In this document: positions 1 through 12,310 of the stretch, piece by piece
Layout: every line of letters begins with the position of its first letter
Numbering within the stretch: the stretch's first letter is position 1
Assembly (NCBI GenBank): GCA_002269645.1
Contig: NIVC01003115.1
Span: 1-64,000, forward strand
Origin: Macrostomum lignano
Taxonomy: Eukaryota
Direction: 5' to 3'
DNA: 64,000 nucleotides
The notes under the pieces: generated by a model
Databases searched by the model: none
Told to the model about the DNA's origin: nothing
What the model saw: the letters and a program-made list of their open reading frames with translations, nothing else
Made by a program: the position numbers and the translations under genes

Positions 1-1
1 A

Positions 2-679
2 GAAGAACCGACTGCTAAACCTGAAGAACCGACTGCTAAGCCTGAAGAACCGACTGCTAAACCTGAAGAACCGACTGCTAAGCCTGAAGAACCGACTGCT
101 CGACCTGAAGAACCGACTGCTAAGCCTGAAGAACCGACTGCTAAGCCTGAAGAACCGACTGCTAAGCCTGAAGAACCGACTGCTAAGCCTAAAGAACCGA
201 CTGCTAAGCCTGAAGAACCGACTGCTCGACCTGAAGAACCGACTGCTAAGCCTGAAGAACCGACTGCTAAGCCTGAAGAACCGACTGCTAAGCCTGAAGA
301 ACCGACTGCTGTACCTGAAAAACCGACTGCTAAGCCGGAAGAACCAACTAGGAAACCTGAAGAACCGACTGCTAAGCCTGACGAACCGACTGGGAAACCT
401 AAAGAACCGACTGCTGAGCCTGAAGAACCAACTACTAAGCCTGAAGAACCGACTGCTAAACCTGAAGCCTCAACTGCTGAATCTGAAGCCCCAACTGCTA
501 AACCTGAAGCCTCGACTGCTCGACCTGAAGCCTCAACGCCTTCGCCAAGAGTCCCAACGCACTCTTCTGAGCCCTCTACTCGTGCTCCAACTACTCCCTC
601 TCCATGTGAACCTAAGAAGCCGGAATCCCCTGAACGATGGATCCTGAACCTATGCGTCAGAAGTCTCAGCTTGTGCTAA
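2..679 (+). CDS. 3' end of a Pro/Glu/Thr-rich tandem-repeat (mucin/zonadhesin-like) protein; 5' truncated by the window edge
   Basis: Frame from nt 2 is open to TAA at 677-679. It encodes ~22 x (P)EEPTAK (21-bp unit CCTGAAGAACCGACTGCTAAG), degenerating into PEASTA..PSPRVPTHSSEPSTRAPTTPSPCEPKKPESPERW. Many variants are synonymous or in-frame (AAA/AAG, CCG/CCA) and there are no indels. The true 3' end could be spliced differently. Confidence 0.6.
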   Translation, partial: EEPTAKPEEPTAKPEEPTAKPEEPTAKPEEPTARPEEPTAKPEEPTAKPEEPTAKPEEPTAKPKEPTAKPEEPTARPEEPTAKPEEPTAKPEEPTAKPEEPTAVPEKPTAKPEEPTRKPEEPTAKPDEPTGKPKEPTAEPEEPTTKPEEPTAKPEASTAESEAPTAKPEASTARPEASTPSPRVPTHSSEPSTRAPTTPSPCEPKKPESPERWILNLCVRSLSLC

Positions 680-1377
680 AAAACTCTGAACTCATGCGCC
701 ACAAGCCTGGACTCCTGCACTAGGCTAAACACACAGCAACAGCGCTCATTCAGGCAAGGCTGACCTCACATAACCTATACTTAATCGCCACAACTGCTTC
801 TGAATCTCTGACTATTACACCAAACCTGCTCGCATCCAGCTTGTACATATACACACGTCGCTCACTATAATAACGATACACCAAAATCTACTTGTACTCG
901 TATAAAGGCGTTCATGTACAAGCTGTATACGTACATGTGCACACCGTGACGAAACATTACTAAACAAATAATAATTAGTTATTTGCGTTGCTCGCATGCT
1001 CAAGTGAATGCTTTAATTAATTTTACATTCAGTTTCACCAATCAAAGTCTATGTCAACAAAGTTATGCATCAATTATCATTTCGACCACGGAATTGATTT
1101 TAACCAATTTTAATAGCAAATAAACAATATTAACGCTATATATCTTAAAAGCTACGTAAAACATTTTATACGGATTTACATCACCGACAGTGTTTGAGTC
1201 TGAGACTTCATAGAGATGTTTACAGGTATAATTAGCAAAAAATGACACTGGATCATCCGTTCTAACGATTAAAAAATGCTACATGTACGTACCGATACTT
1301 ATACACTGTAGCTTATATTTCAGAAATACGCTCGTACTATAATACAAGGACTTCTAGACTATCAGGACGTAAAACTA

Positions 1378-1623
1378 AAAGATCGTGCAAGTTTTTGGAG
1401 GCCACGATTTCCTGGAAAAAATACACTGCGGAGATAGGAAAAAATCAGTTTTTCGTCAAAAAATCTGTGATTGTATTTGATCTGGGTCAGTGAAGACTAC
1501 CATTCTTTTAATTTAACAAGCAAAACATTTTACTGATGTTACTGATAGGAAAACTGATTTTTCCTATCTCCGCAGTGTATTTTTTCCAGGAAATCGTGGC
1601 CTCCAAAAACTTGCACGATCTTT
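1378..1623. mobile_element. MITE-like inverted repeat / foldback
   Basis: ~75-bp arms (1378-1452 AAAGATCGTGCAAG...GATAGGAAAAAATCAGTTTT and 1550-1623, its reverse complement) differ by one base in a homopolymer and flank a ~97-bp AT-rich loop. Weaker outer similarity extends to ~1340 and ~1640. Confidence 0.6.
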
Positions 1624-3240
1624 GAGTTGTCCTTGCTATAATATCGCCACATCTTGAATTGAATTATATCTATTTAGTAGGGAGGCCATGCCCTCTTATA
1701 ACACTCACCCCCAAAAGTGACACTCCAAAAACTTAACTAAAGAGGTAACCAGCTCGATGATTGATAGCCGGTAATACATCTAGCTCAATTTTCCCACCTT
1801 TTTTGCGCGACATCCACCGGCTGAAGAGACGGTACATTTCATCCAACAACTTAATGTCCACTAAGACATCAAATATTGACATCAAAGCGTATATAGCTAA
1901 AGCCTACTATTGTAGTATGCAAAATTGCTATATAGCCGGATACCTAGGCCTAGTAGATTTGATTTTTTGCATGTAGATTTTAGGCCTAGTGTCGAATTAT
2001 ACAACCTATAAGCATGCACAAAGGCTTGCGAATACTGCTTTCCATGTCAACTCTTTTTGTTATGACTAATTTGGCACATTAGAAAAACCATAGTTCCAAG
2101 AAAACAAAAGGGGAAAATCGAGAGAGCTAATTTGATGTGCAAAAATATTGTCTCACACATAATTAATTTTTAATCCAAATATACTAAATGGATGGTCATG
2201 GATGGAGTATGGACTATGACCATGCCATTGATTTGTATCACTATATGTAACTTAAGAATAAAAAGGCCTCTGAGAAAACTGTAGCCTAAGTAAGCCTATG
2301 TATAAAATAGTTTGAAATAAATAACATGTATGTATGCATATTTTATATTGGAAGCTGATACTTTTTGACAGTATTAGGGGGCCTATTGGACTTTGGTAAC
2401 TTCTAATACAATTTTCTAATTTTCCCAATAGTCCAATAGACCAATACTATTGAAATTTTTTAGGGATGCTGCTTCACTTAAGAAATGCAATATATATAAA
2501 AATAAGCGCAAACATTTACATTCTTTACAATTGATATTATTGATAAATATTAGGCCTATCTATGACAAAAATATTTTATTTTATTCAGATTTTGCTGTTG
2601 CTATAACTTTCAACATTGTCAAGTGACAATATTTTATAATAATTGGAAGGCATAATTCAAAAATTCAGAAATTGTAACTTTTAGTATTGTTAGGACTTAG
2701 GTGATATAATTTTGTAATAATTAAAAGGTAATAATTTATTCCCTTCCTTCCAATATAACCTTCCAATATTAACTTTCAAAATGCTTCTTTGTGGTTGTCA
2801 TTTGCTAATAGGCCTGATAGACTTTAAGTCAAGCTTTGGTTTAGGATTCTATTTTTTTAAATCCTATAGAAGTGATATTGGATATCATATAAAGAAAAGA
2901 TAGGTTGCATTATGCAATTGTGGGTAATATAAGTCATAAAGGATAATTTCGTCAAAAAGAAGCCATTGTATCAAAACATCTAGCCAGTTATAGTGGTTAG
3001 CATATATGCCCAACACCTATCCAACCCATCCAAACCAGTAAAGGGAAATGGCTGCCAGCCAAGGTAAGTTACAAAATCAAAAATGCAAAAAATGAAAAAT
3101 TGGGAGAAGAAAAAAGGAGAGGAAGAGAAAAAGAAAAGAAAGGAAAAGAGAGAGGGAAAAAAGAAAGAGAAAGAGAAGAAAAGAGAAAAAGGCAAGAAAA
3201 GTCATATACAAAGTGAAAATTAAGTTGCAATTGGAAGAAC

Positions 3241-4075
3241 TAAGTCACAGTTCAGAGGAACTAAGTCTCAATCAGGAGGCACTAAGTCACAATTGAGAGA
3301 AACTAAGTCACAATCAGGAGAAACTAAGTTGCAATTGGGAGAAACTAAGTCACAATTGGGAGAAACTAAGTCACAATTGGGAGAAACTAAGTCACAATTG
3401 AGAGAAACTAAGTCACAATCAGGAGAAACTAAGTTGCAATTGGGAGAAACTAAGTCACAATTGGGAGAAACTAAGTCACAATTGGGAGAAACTAAGTCAC
3501 AATTGAGAGAAACTAAGTCACAATCAGGAGAAACTAAGTTGCAATTGGGAGAAACTAAGTCACAATTGGGAGAAACTAAGTCACAATTGAGAGAAACTAA
3601 GTCACAATCAGGAGAAACTAAGTCACAATTGGGAGAAACTAAGTCACAATTGGGAGAAACTAAGTCACAATCAGGAGAAACTAAGTTGCAATTGGGAGAA
3701 ACTAAGTCACAATTGGGAGAAACTAAGTCACAATTGGGAGAAACTAAGTCACAATTGGGAGAAACTAAGTCACAATTGGGAGAAACTAAGTCACAATTGA
3801 GAGAAACTAAGTCACAATTGGGAGAAACTAAGTCACAATTGGGAGAAACTAAGTCACAATTGAGAGAAACTAAGTCACAATTGAGAGAAACTAAGTCACA
3901 ATCAGGAGAAACTAAGTTGCAATTGGGAGAAACTAAGTCACAATTGGGAGAAACTAAGTCACAATTGGGAGAAACTAAGTCACAATTGAGAGAAACTAAG
4001 TCACAATCAGGAGAAACTAAGTTGCAATTGGGAGAAACTAAGTTGCAAATCTGGACAAAACTAAGTTGCACTGGA
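3241..4075. repeat. 21-bp minisatellite (GGAGAAACTAAGTCACAATTG), ~39 copies
   Basis: Direct tandem repeat with a few recurring variants; it explains the ORFs 3268..4071 and 3293..4090. Confidence 0.95.
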
Positions 4076-4478
4076 TGGGTAAAATTTTAAGGTTGGGTAT
4101 GTATGGTGGTTAGAATGAATTAATTATAGATAAAATATAATAAAAAATCTATATTGCCAAAAACAAAGGGCCATATATAAAGGCCAACAACTACTTTTGC
4201 ATAATTAGTTTGCCCTAAGGATGCTAGCAATTACTTGTGTATATTTTAATTTGCTTGAACAAGTAATCTTTAAGTTGACTCATATAATTGCCTTTCTATA
4301 CAAATAAATATATATATGTATGAACCTATATAGTCCTAATTCACTTTTCAACCTTGAATTATATTATTATTCTTTTAAATTTATTTGAACTAAAAATGTT
4401 ATAAAGCAAAAAAACTATAGGCATGCAAGTACAAGTTTGAGATTTAGATGCAATACTGATAGAAATTTGATTTGGCAG

Positions 4479-4943
4479 ACTGAAAAATGTGCTAAGCTTG
4501 ACACTTTGCTGTCCTCATCACAGTCAGCTGAGATTTCCCTGGAGGTTCAGACAGCGGCTGCGCAATTGCTGGACGCATGCTGCCGACTACGTGACCAAAT
4601 TGACGCCTCAGAGCGGCAGCTGGCGCCTCTTCACAGCTGCGCCCATCGGCTGCGTCGACCGCCTCAGCTGGGCGACTTTGATGAAGTTGAAGGCGGCGGT
4701 CGAGTCTGGCTTAACATCGGCGGCGGCAGCAGCGGCTTCGTCTGCCTCTCCAAGGCGTCGGCCGCGACCCTGTGCGAGCGGCGCCTGTCGGAGCTTGAGC
4801 TGTCGGCTAGTCGGGCTCGTCGCCAGCTTGCCGAGCGCTTGGAATCGTTGACGTCAACTGCTGAGAGTCGGCAGGCGCTTGATATACTACTGAAAAGTAG
4901 CAATGTTAGCTTGTCTGAATTGCGCAAATACACGGATGAGTGA
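4479..4943 (+). CDS. PDRG1-like / prefoldin-like small coiled-coil protein (start uncertain)
   Basis: Helix - beta hairpin (VWLNIGGGSSGFVCLSK) - helix (AATLCERRLSELELSASRARRQLAERLESL) - C-terminal SLSELRKY mirrors, from memory, the PDRG1 layout. There is no in-frame ATG. A plausible start is ATG 4423 with a 44-50 bp intron ending at TTTGGCAG 4478. Confidence 0.45.
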   Translation, partial: TEKCAKLDTLLSSSQSAEISLEVQTAAAQLLDACCRLRDQIDASERQLAPLHSCAHRLRRPPQLGDFDEVEGGGRVWLNIGGGSSGFVCLSKASAATLCERRLSELELSASRARRQLAERLESLTSTAESRQALDILLKSSNVSLSELRKYTDE

Positions 4944-5585
4944 TTGGGCTGGCTTGGCTGATTTTTGTGCTGCATTTTATAGCTAGTAAAAATTCAACAG
5001 TTTTTATGTGAAAATACACGAGTTAAATTCTCAACAATTTGCCTTGCTCCTACGTTCTTTGTTGCATAATAATTCATTAATTTGCTATTTATTGCATAGA
5101 GAGTAGGACTGAAAGCTTTTAGCTGGATAATTTCAGGCCTCAACCCTGACAGTATCTCCAGTTCTGTGAACCTTCCTCCCACTCTTCTTGCATCTTAGAT
5201 AGTCGGCACTTGCATTGATTATGTGCATGTGTACACTAGCGGCAGTCTCATGGCTAGCGCAGTGTGCAATGCTTGGAAAAGTATCTAATCAGCAAATTGC
5301 GCTGGGATTCTGTGATTTAGTATCGCGCCCTTCCCTGCTGATCCTATTGGCGTGGCGGGAGAAGAAGATCTCTCGCCGAGTGAGCTTGCAGATTCAGTAA
5401 GGCTCTTGCCAGAGCAAAAAAGCTAAACGCAATGCGTTTTGGTTAATGGTCAATGGCTTGACTTTATTGGCGAAGTTTATTTAGTGGATTTCAAACAGGC
5501 TTGCACTCTCCTCCAGAAATCCAAGCTTTACTGCGCTGACTCTGTCGCGTCTCCTCTACGTTTAAATTTATTCGAAAGAAAAACA

Positions 5586-5903
5586 ATGTACTCAAACTCT
5601 TTGTCCGCGGCCAATGCATCGGATGCAGAGCACCATCAGTCCTCTAATCAGCTGAAGCAGCAGCGTCACGTCAGTTTCTCATCGACAGCGACGAGTCCGC
5701 CGGCTGATCGGCGGCCGCTGCCGTCCCCAACGCCGTCCTCGCTTCCAGTTGCTGTGTCGCCGTCCTTGTCCTCCTCGGCGTTGGCTTTCTCAGCCAGTCA
5801 TGACGCTGCTGCAGTAGTTGCGGCTGCTTCTGCAGATGGTGGCGTCTGCTGTTCCTGCGACTGTTGTACAGCCTGGCTTGCTGCCATATCGGTTAATCGA
5901 CAG
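5586..5903 (+). CDS. Possible Ser/Pro/Ala-rich coding exon of unknown function
   Basis: GC-rich island in AT-rich DNA; ATG 5586, open frame with VCCSCDCC, ending at CAG|GTGATT (5903/5904). No family recognised. Confidence 0.25.
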
Positions 5904-8446
5904 GTGATTACGAGCTAACCCTGGTAATCAAACAACCTGATGATTCCGATGCAATTTTGTGTTATGTCTTTTGAGTTATTTGAGAATAGTTGCATAAAAT
6001 TTCGTCAAAATGACCTTCCTCAAGACTCGATTGGTTTGGATAATGCTATCTACCTGCGCAAGCTATAGTTAGTTGCTGCTGGGTGGGTGTTTGTCCGAGT
6101 CACTGTGTTCGTGTTGGCTAAAGTACATTTATTATCTACATCATTCCCATCCTTCCAGTTAGTGCTGGCGCCCTTCTCATTTAGTGTATTAAGTGCTAAA
6201 TCTTTTCTTAATCTTAAACGACGTAGTGTGCAATATTAGCAGCATAAATAATTCCAATATCAGTGCGGAGTGTAGTGTTTTTTTAAATCCTCTGGTATCT
6301 TTTCTGGTTCTTGCTTTTTGTTGTAAACAAGGCCAACGCCAATCTGTAATACTGCAACCTTTGTCAGTAACATCTTACGAGCGTAGAGTGGTTGGTCGTT
6401 GGCCCCTCTCTCAAGATGATTGAAACTATGTTCGTAGCTTTAAAGCTTCGTGAATTTATCCATCCGTTCATTCTGTTTCGGGTTTCTTGACTGCAATTCT
6501 GCTGAAACTTGGGAATATGTTTGTGCCAGGCAAATTGGAGATTTGTCACGCTTGTTTTGCTCGGTTTTTCGGTCTGATAATTAATTTCTGCACAGAGCGT
6601 TCTACCCCTCTAGCAACATATACCATCAGTCAGTCAGTGATCTCATCAGTGCTACTATTGCACTACCTATTGAGTAGGCGGGTACTTAAGCATGAGGCTT
6701 TAGACAAGATCTAGCGCGGTAGCTGTCAGCTTTTGTTCCGCACGTACCGGTACGTGTCCCATAAGTAAAAGCAAACGAAGGCAGGATGCGTTTCGGGGTT
6801 AGTTAGAAATTAGTCGGTAAGCCCCTATACTCTCCACTAATTGTTCGCAGTAAGCCGCGGTCAATGCAGCCCTAGCTTTTTAATTGTAACAACACTGCAT
6901 GTCTCGGCAGTTCTCTCCCTCTTGATTACTTCCTCGTCATTAGATGGACAGCTTTGCCCCGTGCTCAGGATGCGATTTCTTTTCGAGTAGCTCATCCTCT
7001 GTGTCTTCAATTCCGAGCCCCGCCCTATGCGTACACCTGCGCTACTCTGCCCACCTGTGACTGACACTTCACTACCCATCAATTCCTTCCCCACTCTGAG
7101 ACGCAGCTGTACTCTCTAGGCCTGTAATTGAAATTGGCGTCTTTTCGATGGTCGGTTGTTAACTATTCCCTTGAATTTCATTCCTTAGCTTTTATAATTC
7201 TCCCGCCTGAGATCTGCCTAATCCCGGATACGGCTTTGCTTTTAATGCTAACTGGAATTGCTGCGTTGAGCAACGCCTTCGTCACGCGACAAATAGTTTC
7301 TTTTATGCCTGTAAAAGGAAATTGCTACCTGTTTCCGTTTCTGCTTCACTTCAATATTGCAATCGACAGCGGCTTACTGACTGCATATAACTGGGAGTAC
7401 TGTTGACATCCGAGTCCATTATGTGATTAAGTTGGTTTTAGATTAATAAGGTCGAATGGCTAATTTGAGCCATCGTTGCTGCTTTTCTTGCCCACACTGG
7501 CTGCAGTCAGAGGCCTCTGTTCCTTCGTCCAACGAATCCATTCCCTGCACTGGTTATAGTGAGCAAAAAAAAATAAACGCATTGCCATTTCAACAGTCCT
7601 CGCTTGAAGTAAAGGAACTACAGACTGTTGCCGTGAGTACTGAGGTCTCTCCCTTAAATGCGTTGCTATTCCGTTTAGCAGTTAGCAGGTAAAGATTGGT
7701 GTCTGTTCGTTGGTTCAATCATCATCTTTTAGCAAAACATATTTTGGCTCTAGTTTGTTCCAGTAGAGCTTTTAGATTCCGCCCTGAATCAATGCGAAAG
7801 TCGACACAGACGCAAACGCAAGTCTTAAATAGTTGTTTCCGTGCACAGAATTAAACTCATGTACTTTAGCGTACGTATTTGGCGTACATATCACCTGTCT
7901 GCAGTGTGACATGCCTAAACATTATTAACGCCAAAAGGCACAAGTAAGCATTTTAGTAGTGAGTTTGGCTGCTTAAATCCACGTGTATAGTTCTATCATA
8001 GAGATCTAGAACTAGAACCTAGTTCCAGCTACTAGATCTAGATTTCTATTGGTTCATCACATGATAAAGCACATCATGCACCGAGCTTCATTCACCAGCA
8101 TTCCTGAAATTCAGTGGCAGATGCGGGCATGTGACTAAACGGTCTATAGAACTCCGTCTGTCCTTATCTATAGTTTTTTATACATCACCAGTTCTTCTCG
8201 TTTGCTACATTGGATAGCCAGTGGGTACCCACTTGTTACTCGAGAACATCTCTACTCTGATTGCCTCCGCTTTGATTTAGTGCCGATATTCCTCAACCCG
8301 TCCCCGCTTCTTTCTAAAGCATAAAAAATTGATGGCATCCGCCACTTTAGACTGCGGGTATTAGTAAGAGTGTTCAAAATCCCAGCAAAGTGGCAAACCA
8401 ACTGCTCCCCTCTTCGGTATCGCTGCAGCCATCAGCCGCCGCCGTC

Positions 8447-9037
8447 ATGTCGCAGCAGTCGTTACTTCAGCCCGGTCAGCCGGCGCCAGCCTTCGCCTGC
8501 AAGGCAATGCTGCCCGACCAGAGCTTCGCTGACGTCAGCCTAGCCGACTATTCCGGCAAATATGTGGTGCTGTTCTTTTATCCGGCCGATTTTACTTTCG
8601 TTTGTCCGACCGAAATCATCGCCTTCTCGGACAGAGCGTCCGAATTTGAGGCTATCAACTGTCAGGTGTTGGCCTGCAGCAGCGACAGTCATTTTGTCCA
8701 CCTGGCCTGGTCCAACACCAGCCGCAAGGAGGGCGGCATCGGCAAGCTGAACATTCCCGTGTTGGCCGATCGATCTCAGTCGATTTGTCGCGCCTACGGC
8801 GTGCTCAAAGAGGACGAGGGCGTCGCCTATCGCGGCCTGTTCATCATCAGCGACACTGGCGTGCTGCGCCAGATCACCGTCAACGACCTGCCCGTCGGCC
8901 GGTCAGTGGACGAGACGCTGCGTCTGGTTCAGGCCTTCCAGTTTACCGACAAGCACGGAGAGGTCTGCCCGGCCAACTGGAAGCCCGGCGCCAAGGCTAT
9001 GAAACCGGACCCCAACCTGAGCAAGGAGTATTTTAAG
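8447..9037 (+). CDS. PRDX1: Typical 2-Cys peroxiredoxin (AhpC/Prx1 subfamily), main exon
   Basis: Contains [13 protein letters not shown] (peroxidatic Cys), GGIG (GGLG variant), GLFII, EVCPANW (resolving Cys) and SKEYF (YF motif). ATG at 8447; donor AAG|GTTGGC at 9037/9038. The last few codons probably lie in a downstream micro-exon (9927-9938 or 10072-10080). The Prx1/2 paralogue assignment is not resolved. Confidence 0.95.
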
Positions 9038-10455
9038 GTTGGCTGCGTTGATATGAATAATGTACATGTAGCTATATGTAAGAATATGTAAGAATAGGTC
9101 GCTTTGACAAGCTTGAAATTATGCATTGTCGAAGACTGTAAAATTTAAAAGCTTGAAAAAGTAATTGCAGGGGGTGTTGCGGGCACCCTGGCGCAACGCC
9201 TTCGGCGATATTTGTCCCACAAACAGCGCTGGATCATTTCTTCTGCCCATGTTGTGATTAGAAGTGATTAGGCAAGACTGAATTTTTGGAAAATCCAAGC
9301 TTGTGAACATTCAGTTACCTCGTATTCTGGTGCAGAAGTATATTTGAGAAAAGACCATTTTAACAGTTCACTCGCAGGAAAAATTGCACTGCGGGCCAAT
9401 GCGGGCAATTCGTCTGCGGCAATTGTCGTGCTCGTCCCATCAGCGTCGAACTGGAGCCCGAAGTCAAGAAATTAATTGAAACCACTTTTGCAGCATGCAG
9501 CTGCCGACTAAGAATATTTTTGTAGTAAAGCTATTGATAAAACAAGCCTAAGTTCGACAGAGCAATGCTCAACACAAAAAAGTTTAGTGATTGGGGTTCT
9601 AATAGCATAGGAATTTAACACCTCGGCTTAGAAAGACTGCACATAAGGAAATCTCTGTGGTGGCTTTGCTTCCCAGGAAGCGACAATCAAAGTTCCACGT
9701 CTATAGAAGTTCAATTTGTTTAACAAAACTGAGTTTATGGCTACAAAATGATCCACTTGTAGAGGTGAACTTTGAGCTTCCCTGGCTCTGCACAGCGGTG
9801 TTAAAAACAGCTCTTAGTCTTTGGCCAGCCCCTGCTGACCACACCGGAAAGAACCAGAAAATGTCTAGTTCTTTCAAATATTTAGCTGGATATTCTGTGG
9901 AAGCAACGGATTATTTTATTTTTCAGACTTCTGCGTAAAAAGGTCAAGTCGTCCTTTTGTGACTGTCCAGTTGTCTTAATAATGTGCATATTATGTCACG
10001 ACATGCACAATTTAGTTGATAGTTATCACTTATCAACAACAAGCAGTCAATTTTTTATCGTTTCATTTCAGTCTGCCTAGCACCAATAACTAAGCGATCG
10101 GAACAACGCTTTGCAGGCATTGAGCCTCCGCGTATTCTGACGGACATCCTTGATAAAACCTGGCTTTTTAAAACTATTATAGTTTAACCTCATGGTAGAT
10201 CACTCACTGTTGTCTGTCCTTGTTTTGCTAGCAGAAAGTTGATTAACTAATTGGTTACATTTTATAGTTTTATACCAGTTGATTTATCCAAGGGGTGGTG
10301 AAAATCAAGGTGACATACAGCCACACTCTGATGCGTACACAGTGGCACCGACCCGGCCTCTTATTGTCAGGCGTGGTACACACGCACTGTCTTTTGGGTT
10401 GCACTAATGGTCATGGATGGCGCATTAATTCTCATACTATGCCAGCAATTGGGGG

Positions 10456-10660
10456 GGGGGCGTAGTCCAGTGGTCTGGCGTGGCGCTCTGATGTGCCAGC
10501 GTCCCAGACTCGATCCCATGTGCAGTCACATTAATATTGCGCTGAATTGGAATCTCGGCTTGGCTCTGCTCGTGCAATTAACGCCATTGAAAGCCAACCC
10601 CAGCAAGGCACAGTGAAGTGTACATGCCTAACGATAAATAAAGTTAGGGCTGCTGTACAC
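10456..10660 (+). mobile_element. Degenerate tRNA-derived SINE-like element
   Basis: GGGG-CGTAGTCCAGTGG (Pol III A-box-like) followed ~35 nt later by GACTCGATCCC (degenerate B-box). No clean cloverleaf. 3' boundary uncertain. Confidence 0.3.
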
Positions 10661-11452
10661 TCCTGTGTGAGTGTGTGCCTGTGCGTATGACTGCGTACGT
10701 ATCCGCACGCTTGTGTGCCTGCTCAGGGGAGTCTGCGAAATGGGCAGTAATGCCTCTCGCTGGTTGTGTGACAATGTCGGTTAAAGTGCGCCAGGGTGCA
10801 CAAAGACCCTGTCTCTAATAAAAAAGCCAACGTTCCTTGCTTCAGTCCGTGTTCGGTGAGCGTGTGACTAGTTAATCTGCTGTTTTAAAGTTTTAAGCTT
10901 CTAAACCGTCTTAGTTAATCAACTGTCTCAGTATGTAGGTGTCGGGTACAGGACCATTGCATGTCGTGAGTGTCATAGATTTCGTACCCATTCTCTGGCT
11001 TAGGGCTTGTCATTATTTCTTGCAAAAAAGCTTTTTGTTAATTAACTAGTCTAGTGTTACACTATTTCTGTTACCTATCTTCAGCTAAGTCTAAAAATAA
11101 TCTAGTCAGACTTTATCGAGTCGTAGAATTTCTATCTGTCTAACTTTTTTCTTCAAATAACCAATCATGCGTCAACTGATTCTACTAGTACAGGATGAAT
11201 CTCCTTTTGCAAAGGAGAGGCAAAACGTAAGTAGTGATGTGCGTTTTTCGAAATATGAGTATTACTTTATCTACACCCGATTCATATATAATCAAATATA
11301 TTTTCCAAAGAGATGTTGTTCACAGAAGTTAGTTCGCTTATTAATTTAAATTGTCATTCCCTCGTTTGCCTTATTCTCTTATCGTCAATTTATATGTCTT
11401 AATTGGTTCCAATTATTATGAAGATAGATATGGCTAAGGTATCTTCCATCTA

Positions 11453-11625
11453 GGGATTTTGTAGCCCAGTGGTTAGAGCGTCGAACTCACGACTGAAAGT
11501 TCGGGGTTCGATTCCTGACCTACTTGGAACAATTTGTGTCCTTGAGCAAGGCACCTTAACTCTCTCTGCATTGCTTCAGTTCACCCAGCTGGAAAATGGG
11601 TGCCAGCATTATCTGGGGGTAATTG

Positions 11626-11703
<78 letters not shown>

Positions 11704-11830
11704 CGACCCCCAGTCCTTGGACTGAACAGCCGTTCGCACCGCACCGTTCAGATGCGCCGCGCAATAGCTGCGGCTGAGCTGTCGGTTGTACATCTGACCC
11801 AATTGGGTCAGGTGTAATCAATCATTATTA
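11453..11830 (+). mobile_element. tRNA-derived SINE with conserved-type central domain and an internal (GT)37 tract
   Basis: A box TAGCCCAGTGG (11462) and B box GGTTCGATTCC (11505), then GTGTCCTTGAGCAAGGCACCTTAAC...CACCCAGCTGGAAAATGGGTGCC, resembling CORE/Meta-type SINE central domains. (GT)37 at 11628-11701; AATCAATCATTATT tail. Confidence 0.75.
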
Positions 11831-12310
11831 CTGTCCATCTACTGACTAGTCAAAAACTAGGTTGATAAATTATTCTATAAATGCAAATAACTGCAAGTAC
11901 AGGTATCAAAAAGCCTCTTTAAAAAGCGTTTAAAATATTCTCTTTAATTCGTCTGTTTCATTTTGAAGTTCATAGGAGCCAGTTGGTTCAGCAACAGGAT
12001 CTAGTAATAGGCATTACTCATTTGCACTTTTTAGCATTGCGAGTTTCTGCAGTTAAACGGAAAGTGTCTTCAAAAGCAGAATGTACGCACAAGTAGGTAC
12101 GCTTGGAAATAGTCTGAGACAATGAAGTTTGTGCTGCCACAATGAGACGAGTTTTCTTTTGAGACTATTTTTAGACATTAGAAAAAAGTGATGCAGACAA
12201 ACGGTACTAAAACTGATGTATATATATTCACACATTATATAAACGAGTTGATGAGCAATAGTCACCACTGGCTTAGTTTAGCACATTGGAATAATCTCAG
12301 TTGAAGAAAA

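Noticed and set aside
3268-4090. 265-267-aa ORFs on both strands
   Set aside because: Products of a 21-bp stop-free satellite with no unique flanking coding sequence or proper start.
6861-7692. Short ORFs at 6.9-7.7 kb as a defined gene
   Set aside because: No recognisable domain, and no phase-consistent multi-exon model could be built with confidence.
11453-11525. Functional tRNA gene
   Set aside because: A/B boxes are present, but there is no proper acceptor stem or T-run terminator and it continues into SINE body sequence.
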